A stretch of 64,000 nt of DNA from Candidatus Nomurabacteria bacterium. GTDB taxonomy: Bacteria; Patescibacteriota; Minisyncoccia; Phycocordibacterales; UBA918. Shown here piece after piece: positions 45,575-55,526 of the stretch. The translations under genes were made by a program, and so were the position numbers. Where the stretch lies: contig JACKGH010000001.1 in the NCBI GenBank assembly GCA_020632075.1, positions 387,216 through 451,215 on the forward strand, written 5' to 3'. Under the pieces are notes generated by a model, which had not been told where the DNA came from, did no database searches, and saw nothing but the letters and a program-made list of their open reading frames with translations. Positions within the stretch are counted from its first letter, which is position 1. The number at the start of each line of letters is the position of its first letter.

Positions 45575-46447
45575 ATGCAAAAAGAATTCGAAGCCCTCGG
45601 CACAAAATGGTGGATCACTATTTTTGATGAGACTTCAACAGAAACCCTCGAGGCGGCCTTCGGCCGCCTCGAGGGTTTTACGCGCGCGTATGAAGCAAAA
45701 TACTCTCGCTTTAAGCCAGATTCGCTCATTTCCACCCTCAACCGTGAGCGGGTATTGGAGCAGCCAGATCAGGACTGCCGCGCGCTTCTGACGTACGGCA
45801 AGTCACTCTATCTGCGCACCAACACGCACTTCAACCTCCTCACCGGCCACATCCTCGAAGCGCGCGGCTACAACGCCACCTACACATTTGAATCGCACGA
45901 ACCGGAAAAAGAAACACCAGGCAACCCAATCACCGACCTACTTATTTCAGAAGAAAAAATCGAACTGCTCCACGGCAACGTCGACATCGGTGGTTTTGGT
46001 AAAGGCTACCTGATCGACGAGCTCGCAAAGATCCTGCGTGAAGAATTTTCACTGCAGTACTTTTTGATCAATGGTGGTGGTGATATGTACGCTTCAAGCG
46101 AACAAGAAAAGCCGATCGAGATCTATCTTGAACACCCAACCAAGGCACGTCATTTCATCCATCGCACTACTCTCCTCAATCAAGGCTTCGCGGCCTCAAG
46201 TCCTTTTAAGCGTGTCTGGCAAAGCCATGACCAGACCTACACGCACATCGTGACCAATGAAGCCGCACCGCGGGTTGCGTCGTTCATCAAAGCAGGGACA
46301 GCGCGCGACGCTGATGCGTTTGCAACCACCGCGCTCATGCTGTCTGAAACTGAGCTTGCCACACTCTCCCAAACAGAAAACTTCAGCGTCGCGCGCTTTA
46401 CCCCCGCCACCAACCAACTCTGGCAAACCAACTCCTTCAATACTTGA
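45575..46447 (+). CDS. apbE: FAD:protein FMN transferase (ApbE family)
   Basis: DIGGFGKGYLIDE (ApbE DxGGxxKGY motif), overall about 290 aa ApbE pattern; directly downstream of its putative substrates. Confidence 0.8.
   Translation: MQKEFEALGTKWWITIFDETSTETLEAAFGRLEGFTRAYEAKYSRFKPDSLISTLNRERVLEQPDQDCRALLTYGKSLYLRTNTHFNLLTGHILEARGYNATYTFESHEPEKETPGNPITDLLISEEKIELLHGNVDIGGFGKGYLIDELAKILREEFSLQYFLINGGGDMYASSEQEKPIEIYLEHPTKARHFIHRTTLLNQGFAASSPFKRVWQSHDQTYTHIVTNEAAPRVASFIKAGTARDADAFATTALMLSETELATLSQTENFSVARFTPATNQLWQTNSFNT
45642..45678. repeat. 37-nt perfect hairpin AAACCCTCGAGGCGGCC-TTC-GGCCGCCTCGAGGGTTT embedded in apbE coding sequence (codons about 23-35)
   Basis: 17-bp perfect inverted repeat read directly; encodes ETLEAAFGRLEGF; resembles the intergenic GC hairpin family. 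Confidence 0.7.
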
Positions 46448-46500
46448 CTTTAGACCTCATAAATGTCATTGATATACCTGAACACAAACGGAGGTTCACC

Positions 46501-46755
46501 ATGAAAAAACTGCTTGCGGTTATTCTGTTCTTCAGCACATCGTTCGCCTACGCAGGCGAGCTCGTCTACAACAATCAACGCGTAACGTTTCCAGGTACGG
46601 TCACCATGGCAGGTGGCGGACCAAACATTTTGGTCATCAACGACTGCGAGATCACCTTCGCCCCCGACCAGCCAATGATGCTCACGACGCCGAAAACCTG
46701 CGAAGGCTTCAACATCTCTCCACCGCTCGCTCGCTCCGTGATCAGTGATCGCTAA
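46501..46755 (+). CDS. hypothetical small secreted protein (85 aa)
   Basis: ORF track 46444..46755; likely ATG 46501 (MKKLLAVILFFSTSFAYAG signal peptide) with GGAGG SD. Confidence 0.4.
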   Translation: MKKLLAVILFFSTSFAYAGELVYNNQRVTFPGTVTMAGGGPNILVINDCEITFAPDQPMMLTTPKTCEGFNISPPLARSVISDR

Positions 46756-46780
46756 TGCGGTGGAACACACAACAACGCAA

Positions 46781-46809
46781 AAGTCCGGCGAACCTGCCGG
46801 ACTTTTTTA
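46781..46809. terminator. bidirectional terminator AAGTCCGGC-N6-GCCGGACTT + TTTTT
   Basis: 9-bp stem + T-run; between convergent small gene and atpD. Confidence 0.7.
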
Positions 46810-46828
46810 GTTTCAATATGAGAGAATT

Positions 46829-47464
46829 CTACGCAACTTCCTCCTTCGCCATAATCATTGCCTTCACACGCATGGTCGATACCACTGCGTCTCGGTTGCG
46901 CTCATCGAGCTGCATGGTGATGAACTTGATCGTGTCTTTGAGGTTTGGAATACGAACGTTCTCAAGCGCAGATACACGACGACGAGTCTTCTCGATCTCC
47001 TCTGCGAGGTTTTCAGCCGTCTTCTCAAGCTCCGCGAGCTTCAGGATATCTACGAACACCGCGTCGAATTTCACCATGGCGTTGTCAAGGTCCCCCGTCG
47101 TTTCAAGCATACCGTATGAAAAGGCTGAACCAGTCTTTTCAATCGTGAACTCAGGAATCTTCACTGACATTACGCTGTTGATCTTCACCCCAAGATCGAT
47201 CTTCGCGTTTGGCACCATGAAGGCGGTGTTGAGTGCTGCAGCAGACGCCATACCACTCGCCCGAGCATATGAGTCAAACGCAGAACCGAGCCGCTCCTCA
47301 ACGCTCTCGCGTAGTGCCTTGGTCTCGTGGATGATCGCCATGAACTTCTTCACGAGTCCATCTCGCTTATCTTTGAGTAGCTTATGTCCCTTCTGCGCAG
47401 TCTTGAGCTCCTTCTTGAGCCGAAGGAGCGAGACGCGAGTTGGGTTAACTTTTAAAATCGCCAT
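46829..47464 (-). CDS. atpD: V/A-type ATP synthase subunit D
   Basis: MAILKVNPTRVSLLRLKKELKTAQKGHKLLKDKRDGL canonical subunit D N-terminus. Confidence 0.85.
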   Translation of the reverse strand: MAILKVNPTRVSLLRLKKELKTAQKGHKLLKDKRDGLVKKFMAIIHETKALRESVEERLGSAFDSYARASGMASAAALNTAFMVPNAKIDLGVKINSVMSVKIPEFTIEKTGSAFSYGMLETTGDLDNAMVKFDAVFVDILKLAELEKTAENLAEEIEKTRRRVSALENVRIPNLKDTIKFITMQLDERNRDAVVSTMRVKAMIMAKEEVA

Positions 47465-47472
47465 ACGACAAC

Positions 47473-48867
47473 TTATCCAGTTACCTCTTCTGCAGTCTTC
47501 GGCATGTACTGCTCAATCTGTTCTGGCTTCACACGCTTGAGTGAGGTCTTTGGTAGCATTGTGAGCAACTTCCAACCAATATCAAGTGATTCTTCTACTG
47601 AACGGTTTTCAAATTCTCCCTGGCCCACGAACTCTCGTTCGAAGGCATCAGCAAACTTCAGGTGTGCGCGGTCAGTGTCATCAAGTGACGCTTCACCAAG
47701 CACCACCGCGAGCTCGCGTACTTCACGACCAGTTGCGTATGACGCAAAGAGCTGGTCCTTCAGTGCTGAGTGATCAGCGCGAGTCTTCCCCTCACCGACT
47801 CCGGCAGACCAGAGTCGTGAAAGTGAACCTTGTACGTCAACTGGTGGAAATACACCCTTACGGTAGAGTTCGCGAGACACCACGAACTGCCCCTCGGTAA
47901 TGTAGCCAGTGAGGTCTGGTACCGGGTGAGTCTTGTCGTCGTCTGGCATGGTAAGGATTGGGATCTGCGTGATGGTTCCCTGCTTGCCCTTTACGCGTCC
48001 TGCTCGCTCGTAAATAGTTGAAAGGTCGGTGTAGAGGTAACCTGGGTACCCGCGGCGTCCTGGCACTTCCTTACGAGCTGAAGACACTTCACGAAGTGCC
48101 TCACAGTAGTTGGTAAGGTCAGTGAGGATCACGAGCACGTGCTTACCTTTTTCAAAGGCGAGGTACTCAGCTGTGGTGAGTGCCATACGTGGAGTTGATA
48201 CACGTTCTACCACTGGGTCAGCTGCCGTGTTGATGAAGAGCACTGAACGCTCGAGCGCTCCTGCCTCTTCGAATTCACGACGGAAGTATTCTGCTTCCTC
48301 AAATGACACACCAAGCGTCGCGAAGACAATCGCAAAGTCTGAACCATCCTTCACCGATGCCTGACGCGCGATCTGTGCCGCGAGGCGTGAGTGTGGAAGA
48401 CCAGCACCTGAGAAAATCGGAAGCTTCTGTCCACGCACGAGCGTGTTCATCACATCGATTGATGACACGCCAGTCTGAATGAAGTCGTTCGGGAATTCGC
48501 GTGAGTATGGATTGATCGGCTCACCCGCGATATCTCGACGCTGTTCTGGCACGATCTCTGGGCCACCGTCTGCTACTTCACCAGCACCATTGAACACGCG
48601 ACCAAGCATGTCTTCTGACACGCCGAGCTTGAGTGTTTCACCACGGAAGCGAGCGCGTGTACCTTCAGCTGTCATACCACTGGTTGACGCAAACATCTGT
48701 ACCACTGCCTTATCTTTTGCAATGTCGAGCACTTTACCGAAGCGTGGCGTGCTTTCTCCGGCCACATTAACCTCTACGAGTTCTTCGTACTTCACTCCTT
48801 CTACCCCCTCTACCACCATTAGCGGTCCAGCGATTGAAGAAATGTCTGTGTATTCTTTGTTACTCAT
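47473..48867 (-). CDS. atpB: V/A-type ATP synthase subunit B (regulatory)
   Basis: 464 aa, nucleotide-binding-fold motifs ([15 protein letters not shown] region) typical of B subunit without full P-loop. Confidence 0.9.
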   Translation of the reverse strand: MSNKEYTDISSIAGPLMVVEGVEGVKYEELVEVNVAGESTPRFGKVLDIAKDKAVVQMFASTSGMTAEGTRARFRGETLKLGVSEDMLGRVFNGAGEVADGGPEIVPEQRRDIAGEPINPYSREFPNDFIQTGVSSIDVMNTLVRGQKLPIFSGAGLPHSRLAAQIARQASVKDGSDFAIVFATLGVSFEEAEYFRREFEEAGALERSVLFINTAADPVVERVSTPRMALTTAEYLAFEKGKHVLVILTDLTNYCEALREVSSARKEVPGRRGYPGYLYTDLSTIYERAGRVKGKQGTITQIPILTMPDDDKTHPVPDLTGYITEGQFVVSRELYRKGVFPPVDVQGSLSRLWSAGVGEGKTRADHSALKDQLFASYATGREVRELAVVLGEASLDDTDRAHLKFADAFEREFVGQGEFENRSVEESLDIGWKLLTMLPKTSLKRVKPEQIEQYMPKTAEEVTG

Positions 48868-48881
48868 GATACTGCTATTAC

Positions 48882-50675
48882 TTAGGCGGTTAGAGCGGCA
48901 ATTTCAGCACGCACGGTTTCCTGGAATTTCTGATAATCCTCCTTCTTCCACTCAAGCTTCTCCTTAAGTCGTGCTACTTCACTGTAGCTTGGGATAGAAG
49001 TGAACGTTGCAAATTCAAACTCTGGCTGCGCCACTACAGACTGACCAGCTTCGAAGATGGTCACGATTGACTTGAGGATACCGTACTGTCGCTCAAGCGG
49101 TGTGTACGCGTCGTCCTTATCGAATGCGTTCTGGAAGAGGAAGTCTTCACGGATCATACGAGCCGTTTCGAGAATGAGTCGGTCACCGTTTGAGAGTGAC
49201 TCCATACCCACGAGACGAACGATCTCGAGAAGCTTTGATTCCTTTTCAAGGAGTGTCATAGCGGTGGCACGCACTGCAGCAAAATCATCTGCGATCTGTT
49301 CTTTCCAGAATCCCTCAAAGTTCTGAGCGTAGAGTGAGTATGAGTTCAACCAGTTGATTGATGGGAAGTGCTTCTTGTATGCTAAGTCAGCGTCGAGTGA
49401 CCAGAAGGTCTTGGTTACACGAAGTGTCGCCTGTGACACAGGCTCTGAAAGGTCTCCACCTGGAGGCGACACCGCACCGATCACGGTCAGTGATCCAACG
49501 CGTCCTTCGCTACCAAGTGTCTTTACAATACCTGCTCGTTCGTAGAATTCAGCAGTCCGTGATGAGAGGTACGCTGGGTATCCTTCTTCACCTGGCATTT
49601 CTTCGAGGCGTCCTGAGATCTCACGCATCGCTTCTGCCCAACGTGAGGTTGAGTCAGCCATGAGCGCTACGTTGTAACCCATGTCGCGGTAGTATTCTGC
49701 AATCGTGATACCAGTATAGACCGACGCTTCACGCGCCGCCACTGGCATGTTTGACGTGTTGGCGATAAGGATCGTTCGCTTCATGAGCGGCTCGCCAGAG
49801 TTTGGGTCAATGAGGTGCGGGAATTCATCGAGCACTTCAGTCATCTCATTTCCACGCTCACCACAACCAATGTACACAATGATCTCCGCGTCACAGAACT
49901 TCGCGATAGACTGCTGGGTCACGGTCTTACCGGCACCGAACGGACCAGGAATACAGCCGGCACCACCCTTGGCGATTGGGAAGAAGGTGTCGATCGAACG
50001 ACCACCAGTACGAAGCGGCTCCGCTGGGAAGATCTTGCTCGTCTTTGGACGCGCGGCACGAATTGGCCAGTATTGAAGCATCGCGATCGATGCTACAGAC
50101 TCATCGGCACGAGTGAGTGTCGCAATCTCTTCGGTTACATTGAAATCACCACTTTGGATAGACGCAACCACGCCGCCTTCTCCTGGTGGCACCATGACCT
50201 TGTGCATGATGAGCGAAGTTTCCTGTACTTCACCAAGCACATCACCTTCTACTACGGTGTCGCCCACTTTTACGACTGGCTTGAAGGTCCACTTCTTTTC
50301 GAGGTCGATTGGCTGTGCTTCGATACCGCGCTTGATGTAACAATCGCCTGACGCAGCCTGAATATCCTTCAGTGGTCGCTGCACACCGTCGTAGATAGAC
50401 TCAAGGAGCCCTGGCGCAAGCGCTGCTGACATCGTGCGGCCAGTGCGATACACCACATCACCTGGGCCGATACCCGCGGTTTCTTCGTACACCTGGATCG
50501 CAGCGACATCGCCGTGAAGCTCGATGATCTCACCGAGTAGTTTTTCTTCTGATACTTTTACCACCTCGTAGAGCTTCGCTTCGCTCATACCATTGGCACG
50601 AACGAGCGGACCGGTTACGCGTAGGATCTCTCCTGCTTTGATATCACCAGTGGTGGTTGTTTCTGTGTTGGTCAT
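48882..50675 (-). CDS. atpA: V/A-type ATP synthase subunit A (catalytic)
   Basis: [10 protein letters not shown]-loop, 597 aa with non-homologous insert region typical of A subunits. Confidence 0.9.
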   Translation of the reverse strand: MTNTETTTTGDIKAGEILRVTGPLVRANGMSEAKLYEVVKVSEEKLLGEIIELHGDVAAIQVYEETAGIGPGDVVYRTGRTMSAALAPGLLESIYDGVQRPLKDIQAASGDCYIKRGIEAQPIDLEKKWTFKPVVKVGDTVVEGDVLGEVQETSLIMHKVMVPPGEGGVVASIQSGDFNVTEEIATLTRADESVASIAMLQYWPIRAARPKTSKIFPAEPLRTGGRSIDTFFPIAKGGAGCIPGPFGAGKTVTQQSIAKFCDAEIIVYIGCGERGNEMTEVLDEFPHLIDPNSGEPLMKRTILIANTSNMPVAAREASVYTGITIAEYYRDMGYNVALMADSTSRWAEAMREISGRLEEMPGEEGYPAYLSSRTAEFYERAGIVKTLGSEGRVGSLTVIGAVSPPGGDLSEPVSQATLRVTKTFWSLDADLAYKKHFPSINWLNSYSLYAQNFEGFWKEQIADDFAAVRATAMTLLEKESKLLEIVRLVGMESLSNGDRLILETARMIREDFLFQNAFDKDDAYTPLERQYGILKSIVTIFEAGQSVVAQPEFEFATFTSIPSYSEVARLKEKLEWKKEDYQKFQETVRAEIAALTA

Positions 50676-50729
50676 GGTTTCTATTAAATGTTTCTAAATT
50701 TCTAGTAATGAATAAATGATTGTGTTTCT

Positions 50730-50752
50730 GGCCGGCGCCGAAGGCGCCGGCC
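50730..50752. repeat. GC hairpin GGCCGGCGCC-GAA-GGCGCCGGCC inside the ATPase operon between atpF and atpA (hairpin family member)
   Basis: 10-bp perfect stem read directly; no T-run on minus strand. Confidence 0.6.
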
Positions 50753-50757
50753 TTCGT

Positions 50758-51108
50758 CTAAATAATGGCTGCGCCGACTGCCTTCTCTGCGAGACTGCGG
50801 AGTCGTTCGACAGCAAACCCGCTACTTCCCTCTGGCCCTGGTAGTGGTACTACCGCTGGAAGCGGACCGTCTACTACCTTGGCATACTCATGTTGATCGA
50901 CCAGAGCGATCAGATCTTCGATCACACACACGATCGCATACTTGGTGTCAGACTCTGGATCGAGAGTTTGCTTCTTGATCGCGCGAAGCTGCTCAAGTGC
51001 TTCGTCTGCCGTCCGAGCCGGAAAGGCAGTAGCGCCGAGTGCCCGAAAGCCTGAGACTGTGTCTTCAGGGCCAACAATGGCGATCTTGTATTCGTTAGTC
51101 GTTGACAT
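50758..51108 (-). CDS. atpF: V/A-type ATP synthase subunit F
   Basis: KIAIVGPEDTVSGFRALG canonical F-subunit N-terminus; ATG 51108 overlaps end of atpC by about 14 nt (track start 51114 is TTG). Confidence 0.8.
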   Translation of the reverse strand: MSTTNEYKIAIVGPEDTVSGFRALGATAFPARTADEALEQLRAIKKQTLDPESDTKYAIVCVIEDLIALVDQHEYAKVVDGPLPAVVPLPGPEGSSGFAVERLRSLAEKAVGAAII

Positions 51109-52078
51109 ACGCAAGTCGTAAATTAGATCGAATATCCTCCACGGTGAGACCGTTATTCTTCCCTACCACGATCGCACGCACATTGGCTGCAGCTTGGCGA
51201 CACTTGAGGTAATACAGCACCAATGACGCTGACGAGAACATGTCGTAGCTCGCCTCTTTCGCTACCGCAAGTAGACAGTCAGCGCTTCGAGCGTCGATCT
51301 GTGTGAAGTTGCCCGTTGCCGTAAAGTACTCAAGCGCATTCTTCCAGTACTCCACTCCACCGTGACGCGCAAACATCGCCAGTGTCGCTTCTTCTGTCTC
51401 GATCGCGTCAGCCGCAAACGTACCACCAGTCACAAATGACGGTGAGAAACTCACGTCGTTCTTGAGGTGTCGTAGTCGACTCTTGAGATTGTAGAGATCA
51501 ACGAGTGTGGCGAAGTAGGTCTTCATGAAGGCATCACCAAGCGTGTCGACGATGCGCTTGCTGGTCGTGAAGTAGAGTTCATCGAAAACTCCGTCTACCT
51601 CATCGAGTTTGCCAGCAGTTGAAAGCTCTACCGCTGCGTCGTACGCCTTCTGCCATTCGATCTGGAGCGATGCAAGTGCTCGCGCTTCGATCTGTGCGTA
51701 GAGATACTCTGGCTGGTAGATACCGCGCTCAGAGAGATATGGCTTGCAGTCCTCGTACGAGAGACCCTTCGCTGCCGCTTTCGCAAACACACGAAGATTA
51801 TGCACATCATACTGCACCCACATGATCCGGAACATGTCACCCTTTGGTGCGAGTTTGTGGATCAAGCGCTTGGCATCGATCAATGTCTGCTCTACCGCAA
51901 GCGGTACGCTTTCGTTTGGTACACGAAGCACATATGGAGCCAAGTAGGTTTCCTTCAGCGCAGACTGCAAATCCTCACCTGGATCAGCCACCAAGAGACG
52001 CTCCACGTCAGTCTTGCTCAGCAAGAACTGCGTTAACGCGTTCACTCGACTTACACTGTAGATATACGAGGTTTGCAT
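51095..52078 (-). CDS. atpC: V/A-type ATP synthase subunit C (V0 d-like)
   Basis: 327 aa all-helical; position between E and F in conserved operon order. Confidence 0.75.
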   Translation of the reverse strand: MQTSYIYSVSRVNALTQFLLSKTDVERLLVADPGEDLQSALKETYLAPYVLRVPNESVPLAVEQTLIDAKRLIHKLAPKGDMFRIMWVQYDVHNLRVFAKAAAKGLSYEDCKPYLSERGIYQPEYLYAQIEARALASLQIEWQKAYDAAVELSTAGKLDEVDGVFDELYFTTSKRIVDTLGDAFMKTYFATLVDLYNLKSRLRHLKNDVSFSPSFVTGGTFAADAIETEEATLAMFARHGGVEYWKNALEYFTATGNFTQIDARSADCLLAVAKEASYDMFSSASLVLYYLKCRQAAANVRAIVVGKNNGLTVEDIRSNLRLAYVND

Positions 52079-52087
52079 GATTGATTA

Positions 52088-52657
52088 TTAGCCAATTACC
52101 TTCTCTACGATCTCCATCTCAAGCTCAGCTCGCTTGTCATTGATCAGACGCGCAAGTGTGATGTCATATACACCATCAAGAGCTGTGATCATAAGACCAG
52201 CCTTGATACGTGCATCAGCCACCACTTCACCAGAGAGCCCTAGCTCCTTGAGGATATCTGTAGTTTCAGCAGTGCGGGCTGCAGGGGCAGCTACACGCTT
52301 CACTGCAGCATCCTTTGGCACAATTGCCGCTGCGTACTTTGCGAAAAACGCTACATACTCGGCAGCAGATGCACCTGCAATATCTTCAGTCACCGCGACA
52401 AACGCGTTGTCGATCTCCTCGCGCTTTGCACTCTGGAGGGCGATCTTCGCTGCCTGCTTTGCCTTTGATACTGCGACAAGCTCAGCTTGTGCAAGCTCTT
52501 TCTTCAGCGCTGCGCTATGCGCTTCTTTTCGAGCAGTCACGGCCGCATCGGTCTCACGCCGCACAGCCTCCACCTTAGCATCGCCTTCGGCTTTGATCTC
52601 CGCGACTTCTAGAGCTGCGTCTTGTTTGATTTTTTCGATCAGCGTGATATCCGACAT
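52088..52657 (-). CDS. atpE: V/A-type ATP synthase subunit E
   Basis: 189 aa, N-terminal Ala/Glu/Lys-rich coiled coil (IEKIKQDAALEVAEIKAEGDAKVEAVRRE) then globular C-term. Confidence 0.8.
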   Translation of the reverse strand: MSDITLIEKIKQDAALEVAEIKAEGDAKVEAVRRETDAAVTARKEAHSAALKKELAQAELVAVSKAKQAAKIALQSAKREEIDNAFVAVTEDIAGASAAEYVAFFAKYAAAIVPKDAAVKRVAAPAARTAETTDILKELGLSGEVVADARIKAGLMITALDGVYDITLARLINDKRAELEMEIVEKVIG

Positions 52658-52668
52658 GTTCGTGATAC

Positions 52669-53151
52669 TTAGTTAGTAATTGAGATAAGCAAGATGAAGC
52701 TGATGAGCACACCGAAGATAGCCCATGTTTCCACCATCGCTGCGAGGGTTACTGCGCGACCAGTGTTCGCTTCGTCTTTTGCGATCAGTGAAATACCTGA
52801 CGCAGCTACGATACCCTGGTAGATACCTGAAAGCAGACCAGCGATCGCGATCGGAAGACCTGCCACGAGGTACATAAGACCGGTTGCAGTTGAGATCACG
52901 AGCGTACCGTCGTTGCCGAGTACACCTGAGAAGTTGAGGATAAGGAAGGCACCTACGAGGCCGTAAATTCCCTGTGAACCAGGAAGCGCCTGCATAAGCA
53001 GCATCTTACCGAAGAGTGTTGGCTTCTCGCCTACTACTCCAGCCGCTGCCTGACCAGCGTATCCCATACCTACTACTGACCCGAGAAATCCGAGGATAGC
53101 AGTGATCGCTGCTCCAACGAATACGAGTACAATTCCTGTTAATGATTCCAT
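52669..53151 (-). CDS. atpK: V/A-type ATP synthase subunit K (proteolipid c)
   Basis: 160 aa, four TM helices, Gly/Ala-rich GxGxGxG packing motifs. Confidence 0.8.
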   Translation of the reverse strand: MESLTGIVLVFVGAAITAILGFLGSVVGMGYAGQAAAGVVGEKPTLFGKMLLMQALPGSQGIYGLVGAFLILNFSGVLGNDGTLVISTATGLMYLVAGLPIAIAGLLSGIYQGIVAASGISLIAKDEANTGRAVTLAAMVETWAIFGVLISFILLISITN

Positions 53152-53206
53152 ACTAATTTTGTTAACGTTTGATAATTTTAATCATTTATTCATTACGACC
53201 AGACGG

Positions 53207-55213
53207 TCAATCGTCTTTGATCGTAATGTAATCTTCTGAGCGTTTGAGAGGAGAGAATTCTTTACCAGTTCCGGCGATGAATTTACCGAAGAACTCGACG
53301 AATTGGAGACGAGCGCTGTGCACGAAAGCACCGAGCGTGTTGATCGCAAGTGTAAACGCGTGTCCAATGAAGAGAATAGTTGCTGTAAAGATGAAGCCAA
53401 CGTACGGCACACCAGAAACCATGCCAGCAATAAGATTGACCGCGAAGGCAAGCGCAGAAGTTGCAAGACCAAGCGCCAAGAGACGTGAGTATGAAAGAAT
53501 GTCTGAGAAGTGACCAACTCCAGCATAGAGACCAGCGAGCGCTGAGATGATCTTACCGACAATACCGGTACCGTTGCGGCCGCTACCAAGTAGGATGAGA
53601 GCCACAGCCACCAATGCAAGATTAGACAATTGCGATGCACTTAGGAAAGCGAGCACGCCAATGATCATTGAGAAAAATTCACTTGTGACCGCACCAGATT
53701 CAGCCAAGGTCGTGCAGAGATACAAGATACCGACTACAAACATAAAGAGCCATGGGCCCTGATCAAGAACACCATCCATCAAGCGACCATTGCGGTACTC
53801 GCTGTAGATCTTGAGCATCATACCAACCATTACCTGGAAGACACCGAGGCCAAGCGCAAGATAGAACACTGGCAGTGGATTGCCGATCGGGTCAAAGAGT
53901 GCAATTGCCTGCAGTGGCGCAGGAAGCTGATCGATCGCGATACCAAAGTACCCACCAAAGAGTGCGCCCACAAAGACGGTCGCAATACCAACATAGAAAA
54001 GAAGCTTTGCAAACGAACGAGTCGCCTTTGAAAGCTTCGCAAATAGCAAAAGAAAACCAGTGACGAGCACAAGCGCAAGACCATATCCAACGTCAGTCAG
54101 TGACATACCAAAGAAGAGGAAGAAAAATGCAGCGAGATACGCAGTCGGGTCGAGATCAGAGTAACCCGGCATACCGTAGAGACGAGTCACCGCTTCAAAC
54201 GGTTGCGCGATACCAGTGTTGCGAATTTCTACCGGTGGCTCTTCACCGTCTTCGAGCGGTACTTCGGCAAAAGCGGCCGCAATGCCCTTTTCTGCAAATG
54301 CTGCTTCGATCGCCGTGCGATGATCAGCCATGAGCCAGCCATCAAATACCACAGTGTAGCGAGTCGCTGCTGCATCATCGACTACCGCAAAGCGGTCCCG
54401 CTGCCACGCGAGCACCTCTGACGCAACCCGAAGGGTCTTGTAGTGCGTGATCGCAAAATGTTCTGCTTGGTCATGCAGGAGCGCAAGGTCACCCTTGGCT
54501 TTTGCAAGCTGTTCTTCAACTGCGGTGAGTTCTACTTCGACTGTTTCAATTCCTTCTGGCAGTGTAATCACTTCTGCATCAGCAGCCTCGAGAATCCCCT
54601 TCGCTTTCGTGACAAGGTCAGGATCATTCGCGATCGTCAGTGCGATCTGCTGGACTGATATTTCGGTGATGACGTGTGCAGTGCCTTCACTCTCACACAA
54701 ATTAGCCACCATCTCCTTGAGCGGATGTTTGTCGGTTGCCTGATGACCCTTCAAGAGGAAGGTCACGGTACGCATAGTTGCGAGATCAGATAGCTTAATT
54801 GGAAGTTTCTTCCATTCTGCAAACAGATCACGCTTTTCCTCAAGCACACGCACTCGCTCTTCAGTCTCTGCAAATTCAACCTGAAGCCTTTCGAGATCGT
54901 CGGCAACCGATGCGACCACATCAGTGTCTGCCAATTGCTTCGCGACTGCTTCTTCAGTGAGTTCAGCTCGAGTTCCTTCGCGCAGCTTTTGCCACGCTCC
55001 TACTTCTGGCGCGTACGGCGCAAGCCACTGTACGGCGTGCTGTACGCGTGGCAAAAGCTGCGCATGCGGGAAGTAGAGCTCTGGCTCAGTAGTATCTGCT
55101 AGCTTGGTCGCACGAAACTCCACCGCGCCCGAGCGCTGAATGAGATCGAGTGCCGCGTCTACCTGAGTACCATGTACTACTAAACGCACCTTCTGCATGG
55201 GAACTACTGCCAT
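53207..55213 (-). CDS. atpI: V/A-type ATP synthase subunit I (a-subunit)
   Basis: 668 aa: N-terminal about 330-aa cytoplasmic coiled-coil domain then about 8 TM C-terminal domain with conserved Arg region. Confidence 0.85.
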   Translation of the reverse strand: MAVVPMQKVRLVVHGTQVDAALDLIQRSGAVEFRATKLADTTEPELYFPHAQLLPRVQHAVQWLAPYAPEVGAWQKLREGTRAELTEEAVAKQLADTDVVASVADDLERLQVEFAETEERVRVLEEKRDLFAEWKKLPIKLSDLATMRTVTFLLKGHQATDKHPLKEMVANLCESEGTAHVITEISVQQIALTIANDPDLVTKAKGILEAADAEVITLPEGIETVEVELTAVEEQLAKAKGDLALLHDQAEHFAITHYKTLRVASEVLAWQRDRFAVVDDAAATRYTVVFDGWLMADHRTAIEAAFAEKGIAAAFAEVPLEDGEEPPVEIRNTGIAQPFEAVTRLYGMPGYSDLDPTAYLAAFFFLFFGMSLTDVGYGLALVLVTGFLLLFAKLSKATRSFAKLLFYVGIATVFVGALFGGYFGIAIDQLPAPLQAIALFDPIGNPLPVFYLALGLGVFQVMVGMMLKIYSEYRNGRLMDGVLDQGPWLFMFVVGILYLCTTLAESGAVTSEFFSMIIGVLAFLSASQLSNLALVAVALILLGSGRNGTGIVGKIISALAGLYAGVGHFSDILSYSRLLALGLATSALAFAVNLIAGMVSGVPYVGFIFTATILFIGHAFTLAINTLGAFVHSARLQFVEFFGKFIAGTGKEFSPLKRSEDYITIKDD

Positions 55214-55223
55214 ATATCTCTAT

Positions 55224-55526
55224 TTATTGAAAACGCTGTTTCAAAAGCGTGGTTACCTCTCCTTTCTTAGCAGCAAATTTCTGCCGCACGTCAGCCACTT
55301 CTGCTTCCGCAGCCGCAGTGATCTTAGTAACGGTCGCTGCTACTTGTTTGTCATTGATTGCACGCTCGGCTTCTTCAACCTGTTTTAATTCACCCTCGAG
55401 TGTTTCGAGTGTTGATCGGCGATCTGACTCTGCGGTAGCAAGCGCTGCGGTAGCTGCTTCCTTGGCAGCTTCGATAGCTTGCGCTGCTTCTGCCTCAGCG
55501 GTCATGACATCATTGAATGCGGTCAT
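55224..55526 (-). CDS. V/A-type ATP synthase subunit G/H (stator stalk, Ala/Glu-rich coiled coil)
   Basis: ORF track 55224..55592; ATG at 55526 (MTAFNDVMTAEAEAAQAIEAAKEA...); 100 aa A/E-rich; first gene of operon. Confidence 0.6.
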   Translation of the reverse strand: MTAFNDVMTAEAEAAQAIEAAKEAATAALATAESDRRSTLETLEGELKQVEEAERAINDKQVAATVTKITAAAEAEVADVRQKFAAKKGEVTTLLKQRFQ

